Shown one piece after another: positions 24,868 through 37,079 of a stretch of 64,000 nucleotides of DNA; position 1 is the first letter of the stretch, and each line of letters begins with the position of its first letter. The position numbers were made by a program, and so were the translations under genes. Below the pieces are notes generated by a model. It saw nothing but the letters and a program-made list of their open reading frames with translations, was not told the origin of the DNA and ran no database searches. Origin of the DNA: Clytia hemisphaerica (lineage: Eukaryota); contig NW_027103772.1 of the NCBI RefSeq assembly GCF_902728285.1, forward strand, positions 249,149 through 313,148, given 5' to 3'.

Positions 24868-25235
24868 GTGATATCACAAAGGAATTATTATCGACCAAGA
24901 TGGAATACAGTCTAAATCTAGCCTGTAAACAAGTTCAATATCAGCCTCCAGTTACGTGTCTCACGTCAAAGAAGAAACATGAAAAATTACGCATGCGTAA
25001 TGAGCAAGCAGAAAGAATTCTTCAAAAATGCGAGCAATTGAAAGAGGCATTAACAGCCTTAGAACCGGTTTCTAGAAAAACGAAATTCAAGAAACGTTTC
25101 GAGAGCAGACGTGATGCTATGAAATATTTTTTGAGCACTCGAAAGTCGGATTCTGAGCTAGATTTTGATATAAGCACAAGAGGTGAATTTATTGTCGAAG
25201 AATTACGTAATGATTTGAATAGTCAATATTGGTAA
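24868..25235 (+). CDS. uncharacterised coiled-coil protein, terminal exon (DITKELLSTKMEYSL...RNDLNSQYW*)
   Basis: Acceptor gtttcag. Long open frame (ORF 24855-25235) ends in TAA. Basic, coiled-coil-like composition. No confident family assignment from sequence alone. Confidence 0.6.
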
Positions 25236-25447
25236 AAATTGATTGGTTAATATTTTGAAACATTTTTCAATTCATGATAATAAATAGTAATTTCAATTTA
25301 TACTTTCTTGGACATTTTTGTGTGTCTATCAAAACAAGATTCTGTTAACACGTTCACGGTCCAGCCCTTTTTAGAAATCAAAAATTTGACCTCTTCGAAG
25401 TTTTTCAAAAGGTTCGACCTTCACAGGGCTTCTAAAGCAACAGTATT

Positions 25448-25590
25448 ACTTCGAATGCCATCAAATAGACCTTATCGGAGTTTTTGATTTTTCTAAAAAA
25501 GCGATGCATTGTGGGATTGTTTCGAGTGTATTACAATAGGTCATCGCTTTTTTAGAAAAATAAAAAACTCCGATAAGGTCTATTATGTAG
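25448..25590. mobile_element. palindromic MITE-like element between the convergent 3' ends of the coiled-coil gene and MVP
   Basis: caaatagaccttatcggagtttttgatttttctaaaaaagcgatg ... catcgcttttttagaaaaataaaaaactccgataaggtctatt. Confidence 0.5.
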
Positions 25591-26376
25591 CCCGGCCATA
25601 ACAATGAGAGGAATAAACACGAAGACAAGTTAAATATTCCTCTCGAGCCATTAACTCAATGATTTATCTATACTTAAATTTATCTTTCCTACGGGCACCT
25701 TAATAGCATGACAAACCTGTTCCCAAAATGTCAACATCCTTAGCCCATAAAAAAACTTTATAAACTGAATTTGAATAGAGGCGGTGGAGACACGTGCGAG
25801 AATTTTTTTTTCGGGTTGGTGGAATCTAACCTGGAACGCTTTCTCGTATCTCCACCTCATTTCTCTTTCTGCCAATAAAAGTGAAATCTCCTTTTTGTCC
25901 CTGGGATAAAATCAGCGTATTTTTTGGGGATTTCCCTCACTTTTTCCAACCCTTAAGTAACCTTACTTATTGACGAACAGACTAATTGATTTTTTAATTT
26001 CATGTACACAGAAAATTTTATATTACTCAAATTCAAAAAAGGATTTTTCAAAAAAAAATTACAAAAACGAGATAAATTATACAGCGTGTACCGGACACAA
26101 GAAACTGAAATTGTAACAAAAAAACTGGTGACAAAAATTCCTATACAAAAAGTATAAAAAATCAAACCCCTGGCTGCTTCCAAATAGAAAAGTTTCGAAA
26201 ATAAAAACTGGATAATTCATTTTCAAAACGAGTCATTAAGATATTCACGGTTATTCAAAACTTAAAGAAATACTAAACGAAACAAAACCAACTTTCCTGA
26301 TTTGTTAATAAATTAATTGTACTCAAAATGTCAATAAAATCCCGGAATCACGGGACACATTATGATTGACACCATT

Positions 26377-26721
26377 TCACTCATCCGACATTTCAGAAGT
26401 AAAGCTCGACCTGCGTTTGCGGGCTACAGCTGACGTGCTAATCAATCCTTCGGCCGTATTGAACAGATTGATGGGTGATTTTCCATCTGTAATCAAGGTT
26501 GATTGCAAGCCTAATGATTTCAATAATTTGACCTGCATCTCTGGTCCTGCAGTGGCGATCGATTGGATCGTGTTTGGCCCAATAGCGTCAACCATATGCT
26601 TGAATTTTGCAGACTCGATGTGAGCAAGTTCTTGAGTCTTGTTAATCTCTAACTCATTCTGGTCCTTAATATATTTTGTTTCTGCGTCACGAGCGGCAGT
26701 CAAGCGTTTCAATTCGGAAGC
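26377..26721 (-). CDS. MVP: MVP terminal exon ([14 protein letters not shown]...[48 protein letters not shown]...SEMSDE*)
   Basis: Acceptor tattttccag. Aligns to human [55 protein letters not shown] stop at 26377-26379. Confidence 0.9.
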   Translation of the reverse strand, partial: ASELKRLTAARDAETKYIKDQNELEINKTQELAHIESAKFKHMVDAIGPNTIQSIATAGPEMQVKLLKSLGLQSTLITDGKSPINLFNTAEGLISTSAVARKRRSSFTSEMSDE

Positions 26722-27239
26722 CTGGAAAATAAGGATGGGAATTTATATACACCAATTAAGAAATACAAATCATTTTCATAATTTTCAAGTTGTTGCTCTC
26801 AATATCTAACTACGCTAAAGTCCTGGCAACAAAAAATCATTCAGTTTCAACAAAAAATGACGAGACAGAAGACAATCAAAATATTTAATTGTCTAAACCT
26901 TATCTATGATAAAATCTCGAATTCAGAACTAGTGGCAAGTTTTAAACAATAGAACTAGTATAAACACCCGATGTTTTGATTTTTTCCGTATGAAAAGATC
27001 TTGAATATCACGAATAAAGGGTAGTGTGTAAGACTGAAACAATTTGAGCAGAAAAGTGGAAGAAAATAGAAAAACAGCTTCTGGTCGTTTCTATGGAAAA
27101 TCCTTTTAATGAAAAAATCCTTTATTCCAGCTATGATAACCAAATGACACTGAAGGGTAAGCGACCTTGCATATGAATGAAAGCCGTATCAAAAAGCTGT
27201 TTTCCCATCTCTTAACAATCCTTTGAGCAAAATACGTAC

Positions 27240-27483
27240 AGCTTCGATATTGGAGGCTTCCGCTTTCAGTTGCGCTTGTTGTACAGCAGCTTCGCCCTCA
27301 ATGCGCGCGGCTTCGGCGCGGGATTGTGCTTCCGCTTTAGCTTGACCAGTTGATTCAACAGCGGCACTTTCAGCTTGGAGTTGCAACAATTCTCGTCTAG
27401 CTTTTTCAGATGCGGCTTCATCTTGAATCTTTTGTCTTTCCAAACGACCACGTGCTTCTTGTTCCAATCTGTCAGCCTCATGT
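27240..27483 (-). CDS. MVP: MVP exon 10 ([82 protein letters not shown])
   Basis: Acceptor ttcacag and donor gtacgt. Coiled-coil cap-helix region nearly identical to human ([52 protein letters not shown]). Confidence 0.9.
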
Positions 27484-27624
27484 CTGTGAAGAGAAAAGAA
27501 AGAAATTGTCAAATTAAGACTCAACGCTTCTGCTCATCCTCTAGCAAAAATGTTTCTTATATAAAAAGAAGTCTGCGATTCAGACTAACCGACATTATGT
27601 TTGACCTTTTTTCAGTGACGGAGT

Positions 27625-27885
27625 CGATTAGTACTCTCGGGTACCTAATAGCCGGGGGGGTTGGAATAAGCGGGGGGGGGGGGGGGGGGGGGGGTTGGAA
27701 AAAATCTCAAAACTTAATAAGCGGGGGGGGGGGGGGGTTGGAATAAAAATGTCCTGGGTGGATAATTTATGTAAAAGAGGCTAATACAGCATAATTATGA
27801 CAAAAAAGGGAAATTTCAAAAACATTTTCCCAAAAATTAATAAGGGGGGGGGGGGACGGCTATTAAGTACCCGAGAGTATTTGAT
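27625..27885. mobile_element. MITE with TIR AGTACTCTCGGGTACCTAATAGCCGGGGG and internal (G)n/'aataagcgggggg' motifs
   Basis: Inverted termini at 27625-27660 and 27850-27885. Lies in the MVP intron between exons 9 and 10. Confidence 0.65.
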
Positions 27886-28798
27886 TTTTCTGAATCCTGG
27901 CTGACCAGAGGAATGTAAAGAGATGGAAAAACAGTTTCTTGAAAACAATGGAAAAACGGCTCGCCATATACCATATATTGATGTCGAGTTAATAGGGTTC
28001 TTTTGTTGTCGCTATAAAAAATCTGCATAATTCTTTTGTTTCAAGCCTAATTATGCGCAAACTTTTAGGGCTTATATTTTGGGTACACCTCTCCTATACG
28101 AAAAAGTACCTATATCTTCTTGCTCAGAATTTCCTAGCGATTCTACTGATATAACCGCATCATGACCGCACCATTATATGGAGGACCATAGCTCGAGAAG
28201 ATTCTAACTTCGTCTTGATTTTACTCGAGTTTTGGCAGTTTTACAAGAAACAATTTAATATCATTGCGTTAAGAATTTCTTTTGCTATACATTAGTAAAT
28301 AAATTGCTCCTTATTCTTAAAAATTGAACTAGTAATCGGCGAAATCTAAATTTTCATTTTTATCGTCAAATCATGTAGAAACAGTCCGATTTGTATGGCG
28401 AGCCGTCTTTTCTGGACTTTCATTTAATGACCTAATCAACGTTTTTACAATAGAATTGTCAATAGAAGTGATCGTTGAACATTGAGTTATCAGTAAAGCT
28501 GTGTTTCTATCTTTTTACATTCCTCTGGGCTGACTGAAGACGATAGTAAATCAGTACTTTTACCGTTCTCGATTTTACAGGTCAAAACTGTGGAGTTATT
28601 CCTAATCGCTTCCCGATATCCGTAAAGACGCCATTGCAGTGTTGAAAATTAACCTCTGACGGCGCTATATCATCAAAAGTATTCGAGGGAACGCAGATCT
28701 CCGATCAAAGATTTTGGTATATAAATATAGTTTATATAAAGGTCCGTGATCGGGATACACAAACGGAAAGAAAGAACAAAAAGAAGAAATTTTCTTAC

Positions 28799-29143
28799 TT
28801 TGCAGATGCTTCTTGTGAGGCTGTCGTAATCTCAATAGCCAATTGAACAGATTTCTGCAAAGCATCTCGGGTACGTTGATCCACAGGCTCGACAGACTGA
28901 ATATCCACACTGGTAATGTTTAACCCGTTAGCTGGGAAAGTAAATTTCTCACGCACTTTATTTTTCTCGTCTAATCCAAAAACGGATGCGCGGATGATTT
29001 TAGCGGAATTCTTGTGGAAATCGTCGAATTTTACGGAAGCGACAGCACCACGGATACGGGACGCGATTGCTTTGCATGCATCTCCGATGAAATCGGGAAC
29101 GGAGAATAATCGAGCACCGTCTTTTGCTTCGTGTGCGAAATGC
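28799..29143 (-). CDS. MVP: MVP exon 9 ([52 protein letters not shown]...[37 protein letters not shown])
   Basis: Acceptor tttaacag and donor gtaaga. Very high identity to human ([40 protein letters not shown]...[30 protein letters not shown]). Confidence 0.9.
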
Positions 29144-29930
29144 CTGTTAAATAACGGTGAAAAATAATTTACATACAGTTGACTCCCTGTAATTCGATCT
29201 TCATGGGACCAAAAATTCTTCTAATCAGAGAACAATTCGAATTATAGAGAGTAATTTCATCTACTTTCTAGCTGAGTTGACCCAAATATATTAGTTCGAA
29301 TAACAGAAAGGTCCGAATAATAGAAGTTCGAAATAGAGTGAGTTTACTGTATCTGTTCAGTGCCGAAAGAAGCAGTTTGATACAAGGGGATGTTTAAAGT
29401 TATTTTTTTGTTATGATATCGAAAGGAGGCGCGTCTGTATGCTGACAAGGCAAAATAATACAAAAGAATTTCTCAAAATTTGTGCTTGCAAGGCACCGAA
29501 AGGGAAGAAAGTTGTTTTTTATTTTGTTTAAAGATGCTGTGTCAGCAAATTGTAGGAGATACGGCAAACGATGTTCTCTTAGTTGCGACGCTTATACTTT
29601 AAGCTCTTATTAGTTGTAGAAACCCTACATTTGTACGTCAATTTCTTTTAGCAAAATTACAATTTATATAAAGGAGAACTCGGGGGTTTTATTCAGGCCC
29701 AGTGTACGGCGGACGGCGAATTTCGACGGTCCAAGGAATGAAGAGAATTACAATTTGTCGGTTCGCCTCTTACAGTTTATATCCACGCTGATATTGATTG
29801 GGCTTGCCAAGAATTCGCTGGACTAGAATCTAAAATTCCCCGAAGTTTATTTTTCATTCGTCAGCTTTTCAAATACAAAATGAAACCCCTGAAAACTAAA
29901 ACAAAGAAAAGAAGAGAAATAATCCCTCAC

Positions 29931-30128
29931 CAGTTGTATGACAGTTGAAGTGACAATCGGGCGTGGTCAGCCGTCTCCACGACAACGATATCAGTACAAA
30001 AGTCTGGGCCGAGTAATAGACATAAGGCCTTGATTACATTTGGTCGTTTTGGTTTTCCACCAGAAATGCTCAAGACGGTGAATTGTTCGTCGGGTAAAAG
30101 CATGACAAGGTCAGGTCCAAAGTTGACT
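29931..30128 (-). CDS. MVP: MVP exon 8 ([66 protein letters not shown])
   Basis: Acceptor tcttcttgcag and donor gtgagg. Aligns to human [66 protein letters not shown]. Confidence 0.9.
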
Positions 30129-30552
30129 CTGCAAGAAGAAATTCAAAGCACATAAGCTAATGTACAATACGAAAATTTGCTCAAGTTAGGGAGATTTGAG
30201 TTACGGAGTAAAGGTTTAAGAGGAATTGTTAACTGTTTGAATGAGCCATAAAACTTGTTCGAATTAAGGAGACACTCGAGTTACAGAGGTTCGAGTTAAA
30301 GAGACGCCAATGTAGTAAGCTTTGAAAAGGCCGTTTTTTTCGGGAAAGGGAAATATTTAGTAAAAATATTTCAACTACATTTCGAAAAACGGCTTCAAGA
30401 TTTTTAAGCTTAGGGGAACTTTTCAAGAAATTGGCAATGTTGGCGAGTTTGAAAAAATACCATGTCAGCTCAAATAATCACTATTTAAGAGCTGCTTCTT
30501 CGTGCCTGTGTATAATAGGAGTATTTTTTTTAGCAATGGGGATTTCATTTAC

Positions 30553-30691
30553 CTGGCTTTCTTGTCTTTGTAATCATAGATTTGCACTGCAGCATTGTGG
30601 GGCACGCGGAAAACAACCACTTTCGTTTTGTCTCTTGCCTTGCTTGCTCCCTTGGATCCACGCTCACTTCGGTCAGCGAGTGGGTCTTTAC
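30553..30691 (-). CDS. MVP: MVP exon 7 ([46 protein letters not shown])
   Basis: Acceptor ttcttatag and donor gtaaat. Aligns to human GQDPLADRGEKDTAKS...[23 protein letters not shown]. Confidence 0.85.
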
Positions 30692-31405
30692 CTATAAGAA
30701 AAAATGATAAAACATTATCAATAAATTACGTAGTTTGCACATTATGAGGGGGTCTATGTAACGAATCCTGCATTACTAAAAATAGACAAAAAGAACGACA
30801 AATTTCACCGTCCACAACCACCCCTGCGGATTTATTCCTTTGTTTATCACGGGAATTAACTACATATGGTTTAAAAGAACGACAAATTACGCATGCGTGT
30901 TACAATGCAGGATTCTTTAGAGGAACAGACTGTTATACAAAGCGAAAGCGGTTAGCGATCTATCATCGTTAACTAAAGATATAATGAAAATGTAGAAGAA
31001 TAGATCCTGATAATCTCTAATTTCAAAAGTATAGTTTTTGAGTTGACTAGAGTCTATTTGTGACTGAACTTTGCTTTTTGATATTGTTTACCAATTTAGC
31101 ACGAGCCAATTCATGATATTCATGACGTAATTTTTTCTACGATAATACCACGGTTTAAGCTAGTAGTGTCAACTTTAAACTAGACAAAAGTTGTATAAAA
31201 TTTGCCACTACAGGCAAAAACCAGGGTCTTTCCGTAGAAAACACTACGTCATGAATATCATGAATTGGTGTACTTTTAAGTGTCATTCAATCAAAATCTC
31301 AAGTGAAATCGAGGCTAGTTTTAAAGAAACATGAATTTAGAAGATTAAAATTTAGAGATAAAGATAAGTATGGAAAGATAAATATGGAAAAAGTTTTCTC
31401 CATAC

Positions 31406-31583
31406 CTTGCGCCAACAAGTCTTCGACGACAGGTGGCAATTCTTTGGCCCACAGTTCTTCATCCTGATCTAACATGTAGGTTTGACCAACCACAGCACGC
31501 ACTTGACCGGTCTTGATGTTTCGAACGTAAACACCTTCGTTTGCATCCAGTGGAATTGCTTTACGATGACTGGTCACTTCGAC
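31406..31583 (-). CDS. MVP: MVP exon 6 ([59 protein letters not shown])
   Basis: Acceptor ttatccag and donor gtatgg. Aligns to human [57 protein letters not shown]. Ends are +/-1 nt. Confidence 0.85.
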
Positions 31584-32207
31584 CTGGATAAAACAGATGA
31601 GATGGAGTTTTTATAAGATACTTTAATAATTGGTCATTTGAAATAATAAGAATGACGCGTTCTTTAGAAAAAGTAACAAAATTGTTTTATTACTGGTTAA
31701 CAAGATGGAGTTTTTACCAGCTCTTATTTGATTTGGTTGGTAAGAGCTTGTAAAAACTCCATCTCGTTCCGGTTTTTTTAAGACTTTTCCAGGACTTCCA
31801 AGAGGCCCTGCTGTGTTGGGATGGATGAAGGCACCGTTCTGCTTTGTTCTCGAACCGGTGCAAGTATGATCATGGAAACAAACTTAACGTGGCTTAATTT
31901 TGTCACCTTCATTGAAAAATTCATTCAATTGTGTCTCTCTAGACAATTAAACATACATGTTCCTTTTATAAGAACGTTCAAACATTTGGAAGCCTTCGAG
32001 TGTTCTTTGTTTTTTGTTTTCTAAGCTTTAAAATGTTCTTGAAATGTTCTTGTTTTCATCATTTTGAGAGTATTTTTTTTAAATATCTTCGTAAAAAATC
32101 GGGTCTACAAAGCCTGAAAATGTTCTTAACTTGTTCTTAATATTTGGGCCATCGAAGCCTTATGTTCTTATATAGTTTGTTCTTATAAAAACATGTGAAT
32201 GACAAAC

Positions 32208-32396
32208 CTCAACAGGTGGTACGTATTCACGTGGACCTCTGATCATCCATCGATCACCAGGAGCTCGTTTCTCTTTTCCATCCATAAATTCTTCGGTGGT
32301 TTTGAGAATCAAACCTTCATCCTCACCAAGAACATACACGTTTTGAGTGCCTTTCTCAAAACGTTCTCCTGGTTGCAAGAAAAATGATTTCTCACC
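32208..32396 (-). CDS. MVP: MVP exon 5 ([23 protein letters not shown]...[11 protein letters not shown])
   Basis: Acceptor tttag and donor gtttgt. Aligns to human [23 protein letters not shown]...RGPLEYVPSAK. Confidence 0.85.
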
Positions 32397-33397
32397 CTAA
32401 AGAAAAGAAGAAGAAAATTGATGTATGAAATGTCAATATTGGATGATTTCAATTTTAATTTGGAGTCTACTATACCGGGTGCAGCAGAAAAAACTTTGGA
32501 CGTTTGGCGAGCCACTGAGGCCGAACAAAGTCTTGTTTAGACTCAAAACCACTTTTATTAGAAAGAGGACATGCTAACTTAAATTTTGCGGTATAACTTT
32601 TTAAGTTTGGTCAAGTAGTTGTCAAGATATAAGCTTTTGAAGTCAAAATTCACTTTTCGAAAAGTGTAAAAAACACGTAAAAAAAGGTGTATTAAATTTA
32701 TGCAAATAATGAAAAAATAGCTCAGTATTTGACTTATTTAACGACTTTTACGACATAATTAATTGTTAAAATACTTTTAAAAGCAGTTTTCGTTTACAAC
32801 ATAGTCAGTTTTTAGTAAATAGTCAGTTTTTAGAAATATTTGAAAAAAATTCTTATCGAAAACGCTTAAAAATGCTTAATTTAATACCCTTTTATTACGT
32901 GTTTTTCACACTTTTCGAAAAGGAATTTTAACTTCAAAAGCTTATAACTTGACAACTACTTGACCAAACTTAAAAAGTTATACTGCAAAATTTAAGTTAG
33001 CATGTCCTCTTTCTAATAGAAGTGGTTTTGAGTCTAAACAAGACTTTGTTCGGCCTCAGTGGCTCGCCAAACGTCCAAAGTTTTTTCTGCTGCACCCGGT
33101 AGGCTGCATTGCATGAAAACTGCATACATCAATCGCAAGTTAGTTCTTTATTTCTAGAATTAGAAAGAATTATTGATTCCAAGGCAAAATGTAAAATAAA
33201 GACATTTAAAATCCTAGAGGAAGCAAAGTGAAGACCTAACCGTAATATCTTTTCAAATTAGGCCTTTTTATCAACAAGGCAAAGTGTAAAATAAAGATGT
33301 TTATAAAACCCAAAGATTGATACAATTAGTGAAGACTTAACTCAAATCCACCTCTTTTCACCACTAGTCAAAAAATCAAGAAATTCTCAAAACTCAC

Positions 33398-33508
33398 CTT
33401 GACTAATTTCTTTTGACCAAGTTGTGGTTTACCGTCGGCTCCAACAGGATCACAAATGATACAATATTGACGGTTGTTCAATGTTGTAATGTTGACCACA
33501 TCAACCAC
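33398..33508 (-). CDS. MVP: MVP exon 4 ([37 protein letters not shown])
   Basis: Acceptor tttcccag and donor gtgagt. Aligns to human [37 protein letters not shown]. Confidence 0.9.
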
Positions 33509-34186
33509 CTGGGAAATATCAATAATTCAATTTTCGTTAAAATTCCTACAAATTTTCTTTCATTTTTAATTGCAAGTATGCTTCATTATAAAATTACAAC
33601 AAGTCAAGATTAGGAAGGCAGAAAAGTTTGATAGACCACATCCACCACCTGGGAAATGCTATAAATCATTGCCATGGAATGATATTGAACAGGTGCTCGG
33701 TGATGAACAAACAAGATACCAGAATGGAGTAAAATTTGAAAAATAGTCAATAATAGTTTAATAATGATCACACTTCTTTACAATTTTTGTTCAAATTTCT
33801 ACTATTTTTCATTCAGTTTTAATTGCAAGTATGCTTCATTATAAAATAACTACAAGTCAAGATCAGGAAGGCAGAAAAGTTTGATAGAGGAGGTTAGAAA
33901 ATGAGCTCCAATTTATATCTTTAGTCAAAGACCATAGCATGCTTTCTTTGGCTATCTATATACGATCAGTTGCCAGTGCAAGGTGGTCAACTATTATTAA
34001 AAGTAATTAACAAAGGGGAAAGTGGGATAAAAAACTGGTTCCATCATTTGTTATACTACAGACCCCTTTCTGTCCATCCATCGTCAGACCATCTCTTTAT
34101 TGTGAAAAACAACCCTCCAAGGTCTCGTCTATGACTTGTGACATAAAAGTTTAATGTTTAACTGTGAAAAATAACTTCCATTTTAC

Positions 34187-34438
34187 CTCCTCATAGACGT
34201 TTGGGATATGTGTTTCAGTATCTTCAAGTGAGATCAACCATTCTTCACCATTTTTTCGTGTCTTTTTCAATTTTTCATCATTGAATGTTCGTGTTGCTCT
34301 CATATGTAATGCAACTTTGTCTGTCAACACATAAGCATCAACAATTTCGACAACTTCTTCATATGCCCCGGGTAAATAAGCACCAGTCTTTTTGACAACC
34401 CATTCCTCACCTGTCACACGTGGGTTACTCTCGCGATC
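34187..34438 (-). CDS. MVP: MVP exon 3 ([29 protein letters not shown]...HIPNVYEE)
   Basis: Acceptor ttttctttcag and donor gtaaaa. Aligns to human [29 protein letters not shown]... Confidence 0.9.
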
Positions 34439-34754
34439 CTGAAAGAAAAGAATAATGTATAAGAAAATTGAATAGAGTAAAATCTTGCATCTTACAAGAG
34501 TTTCGGTTTTCAAAGAATATTTCATCGATTTTTATTTGAGCTGTGATACTCACAACAACAATCTTGAGCAGCTATTTTCTTTGGCAAAGTCAATTTTATG
34601 AAAAAAAAGCATTTAATTTTCAAATTTAAATATAAGCTCATCTTTGCAACTTGGAAGAAAAGACCAGGATGAAATTGACCTGAGCCCTAAAAAACCTCTT
34701 GCATTACAGATTCAAAATAGGCCAATTTCACTAAAATATACACGAGTTCCTTAC

Positions 34755-35039
34755 CAAAGTTTCTTTTCTTGCTCTCAATTTGATGGCTTGATTAGGTTTG
34801 ATGATAACAGCCCTGATAGTTTCAACAACTTCAACTTCTTTTCTTGGAATATAGGTTCCAGGCCCTTCAAAAAGCCATTCGTCACCAGCAACGTAATCTT
34901 TTTTTGCATCACTTGTGAAATCAAGTAGAGCTCTCAAACGTAAAGCTGAGTTAGCTGGAACAACTTGTAAAGGTGTTTTTGGTTTCTTCAAAGTTTCTCC
35001 AGGGTATAATGGAAATGGGTCTTGGGCAAGTCTGATTTC
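34755..35039 (-). CDS. MVP: MVP exon 2 ([15 protein letters not shown]...[23 protein letters not shown]...LRARKETL)
   Basis: Acceptor ttattttaaag and donor gtaagg. ~70% identical to the human vault repeat region. Confidence 0.9.
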
Positions 35040-35541
35040 CTTTAAAATAAAAAATAAAATAAATTGATGAAAACTTTGGTCAGTAGGAGGCTATGGAGCA
35101 GTGGTGTATCTTCTAAGGAACAGATTAAAAATCAACAATCTGAGGAATCTGAGGCAAATATTTGCTTTTTCAGGAAAACAATGACACTTTTGGCTGTTTG
35201 CTATCATGTATAGTTTTGTGATCTCATTCTTGCTATTTTAAGACTCAAATGTAACCTTCGAGCATTTTGTAGTGCCTGATATATACCACAGTAAAAGTTT
35301 CTCCAGTAAAAGGACTAACTGGCTTTGCATGCATCAAAAAAAGAGTTAGAAAATGTGTAGCAATTTTTTGGCAAGCACGGTTTTTACATCCTGAAATGGA
35401 TAAATTTTCAATTTTTAGTTTATAAGTAATCCAAAAGCGCATCGCAGATTGTGAAATGCAATACACTAGTTAATTCTATCCCTGCTTTGTCTTAATTTTT
35501 CATTGTGTAAAAATAAATAGCAAAGAAAAAATAAGACTCAC

Positions 35542-35826
35542 CAAGTCAGCATGTTTCAATTTAGCTTGACCATTTTCATCGAAAATAACTTTGCCTTCAG
35601 CATCGATTGACACAGGGTTTTCAATAACACAATAGTGTCTTGGAGGGATGGTGATCATTTGCTGGGGTCCAAAGACAACTTTCTCATTGTCTTGACGGAT
35701 GTAGGTCTTTGGACCAACTTCAACAGAAGTGACATTTGTATTTTGGTCGAGAATGTGAATGTAATAATATGGTGGAATTCTGTAAATACTGGTGGATTCA
35801 TCGCTTCCTCGTCCTTTTGAAGCCAT
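35542..35826 (-). CDS. MVP: major vault protein exon 1 ([29 protein letters not shown]...AKLKHADL)
   Basis: Near-collinear with human MVP N-terminus ([37 protein letters not shown]...VRLRHADL). Donor gtgagt. Confidence 0.9.
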
Positions 35827-36591
35827 GTTGGTAACTTGAAATAACAAAAGTTATAAAAACTCAATGTTACAAAACTCTCTTAGTATAGTAAGGTTGCAAA
35901 AATTAAGTCTGTCCTCTATCCAAACATTAATCTTATAATAAAACTTCATCACCAAGTGTTTAATTGCTTTTATAGCTATTTTAGACATTGAAATCTAATT
36001 CTTTCAGAAAATGATTATTTTGCAATAATGACCAGGGAGTGCATCATCAAAAGTTTGAAGTCATAGGAAAGTCCCTTAATATTTCTGGAATTTGCTGACA
36101 AATCAAAATTTAAGGAAATAATTGTTTTCAGAGCAAATTCAGCAGCTAAAGCCATCCAAATTCAAACTTACCACAGAAAACGCTGATTGGATGTTTTGTT
36201 TATGAACCCAACCCCTTCCATAACATTGCCATGTAATAGAACTTAAATCTTAAAACCCAGGGTAAAGTCACACAAACCGGCGGGGAAAATGGCTGGGGTC
36301 AATCTATATGACAGGGCTTCTTTTTGTGCTTTGGTTTTAGGTCATTTTTTTTGTTTTTTCTTAAAGATATATCAAAGTAATTGGTTATTGAAGTAATCAA
36401 TTGGTTATCGAAGTTGTCAAAGTTATCAAAAGTAATCAATAACGATCAAAGTACTCGAACGGTTATTGAGTCTTCGAAGGGTTGTTAAGAAAGTGATCGA
36501 ATACTCAAAATTTTTTTGAAATTTTGGTACCCAACATTTGATTTAATCAATAAGTGGTTGTTTGATTACTTTGATCATTATCGATTACAGT

Positions 36592-36797
36592 AAGTTGGTC
36601 TAATATCGACATCCCTCTTCCAATTCTGACACCCTTCTTTAGAGACAGGAATAATATGAAAGCTTCAATCACTGATTGAAAAAGAATTATTCCTCTCTGA
36701 CCATTAAGCAAAGAAAAACAGTTTCAACCTTTCTATCAATTTCAGCTGATAAAGAGGGTGTCGTAATTAGAGGAGGGATGTCGACATTAGATTAAGT
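36592..36797. mobile_element. MITE family 1, copy 2
   Basis: TIRs aagttggtctaatatcgacatccctcttcc / inverted. Lies between AGL and MVP. Confidence 0.65.
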
Positions 36798-36853
36798 GGC
36801 GGTACTTCCATAATCGAATTGATCGATTACAGTACCGTCTGGCTTGAACCGAC

Positions 36854-37079
36854 TACCGTGAGATCGGGTAACTTGCATCAGTGAAGGCTAACATGCATAG
36901 CCCTCAAATGAAAGAAAGACCTGGCTGGTAATTAAAATACAAAGTTAAATCAAAACAAAAATGGTAGAGTAGAGCTTTGTGCGGAGCTGCGTAGTTGTAT
37001 TTTAATGACCAGACAGGTCATTCATTTGTGGGTTATGCATGTTAGCCTCCACTGATGTAAGTTACCCGATCTCACGGTA
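36854..37079. mobile_element. MITE family 2, copy 2 (adjacent to a family 1 copy)
   Basis: taccgtgagatcgggtaacttgcatcagtgaaggctaacatgcatagccc / inverted. Confidence 0.65.

Noticed and set aside
27266-27746. ORFs 27266-27481(-) and 27375-27746(+) overlapping MVP exon 10
   Set aside because: Alternative-frame or antisense ORFs over a confirmed MVP coding exon. The plus ORF runs into a poly-G MITE and encodes poly-Gly.
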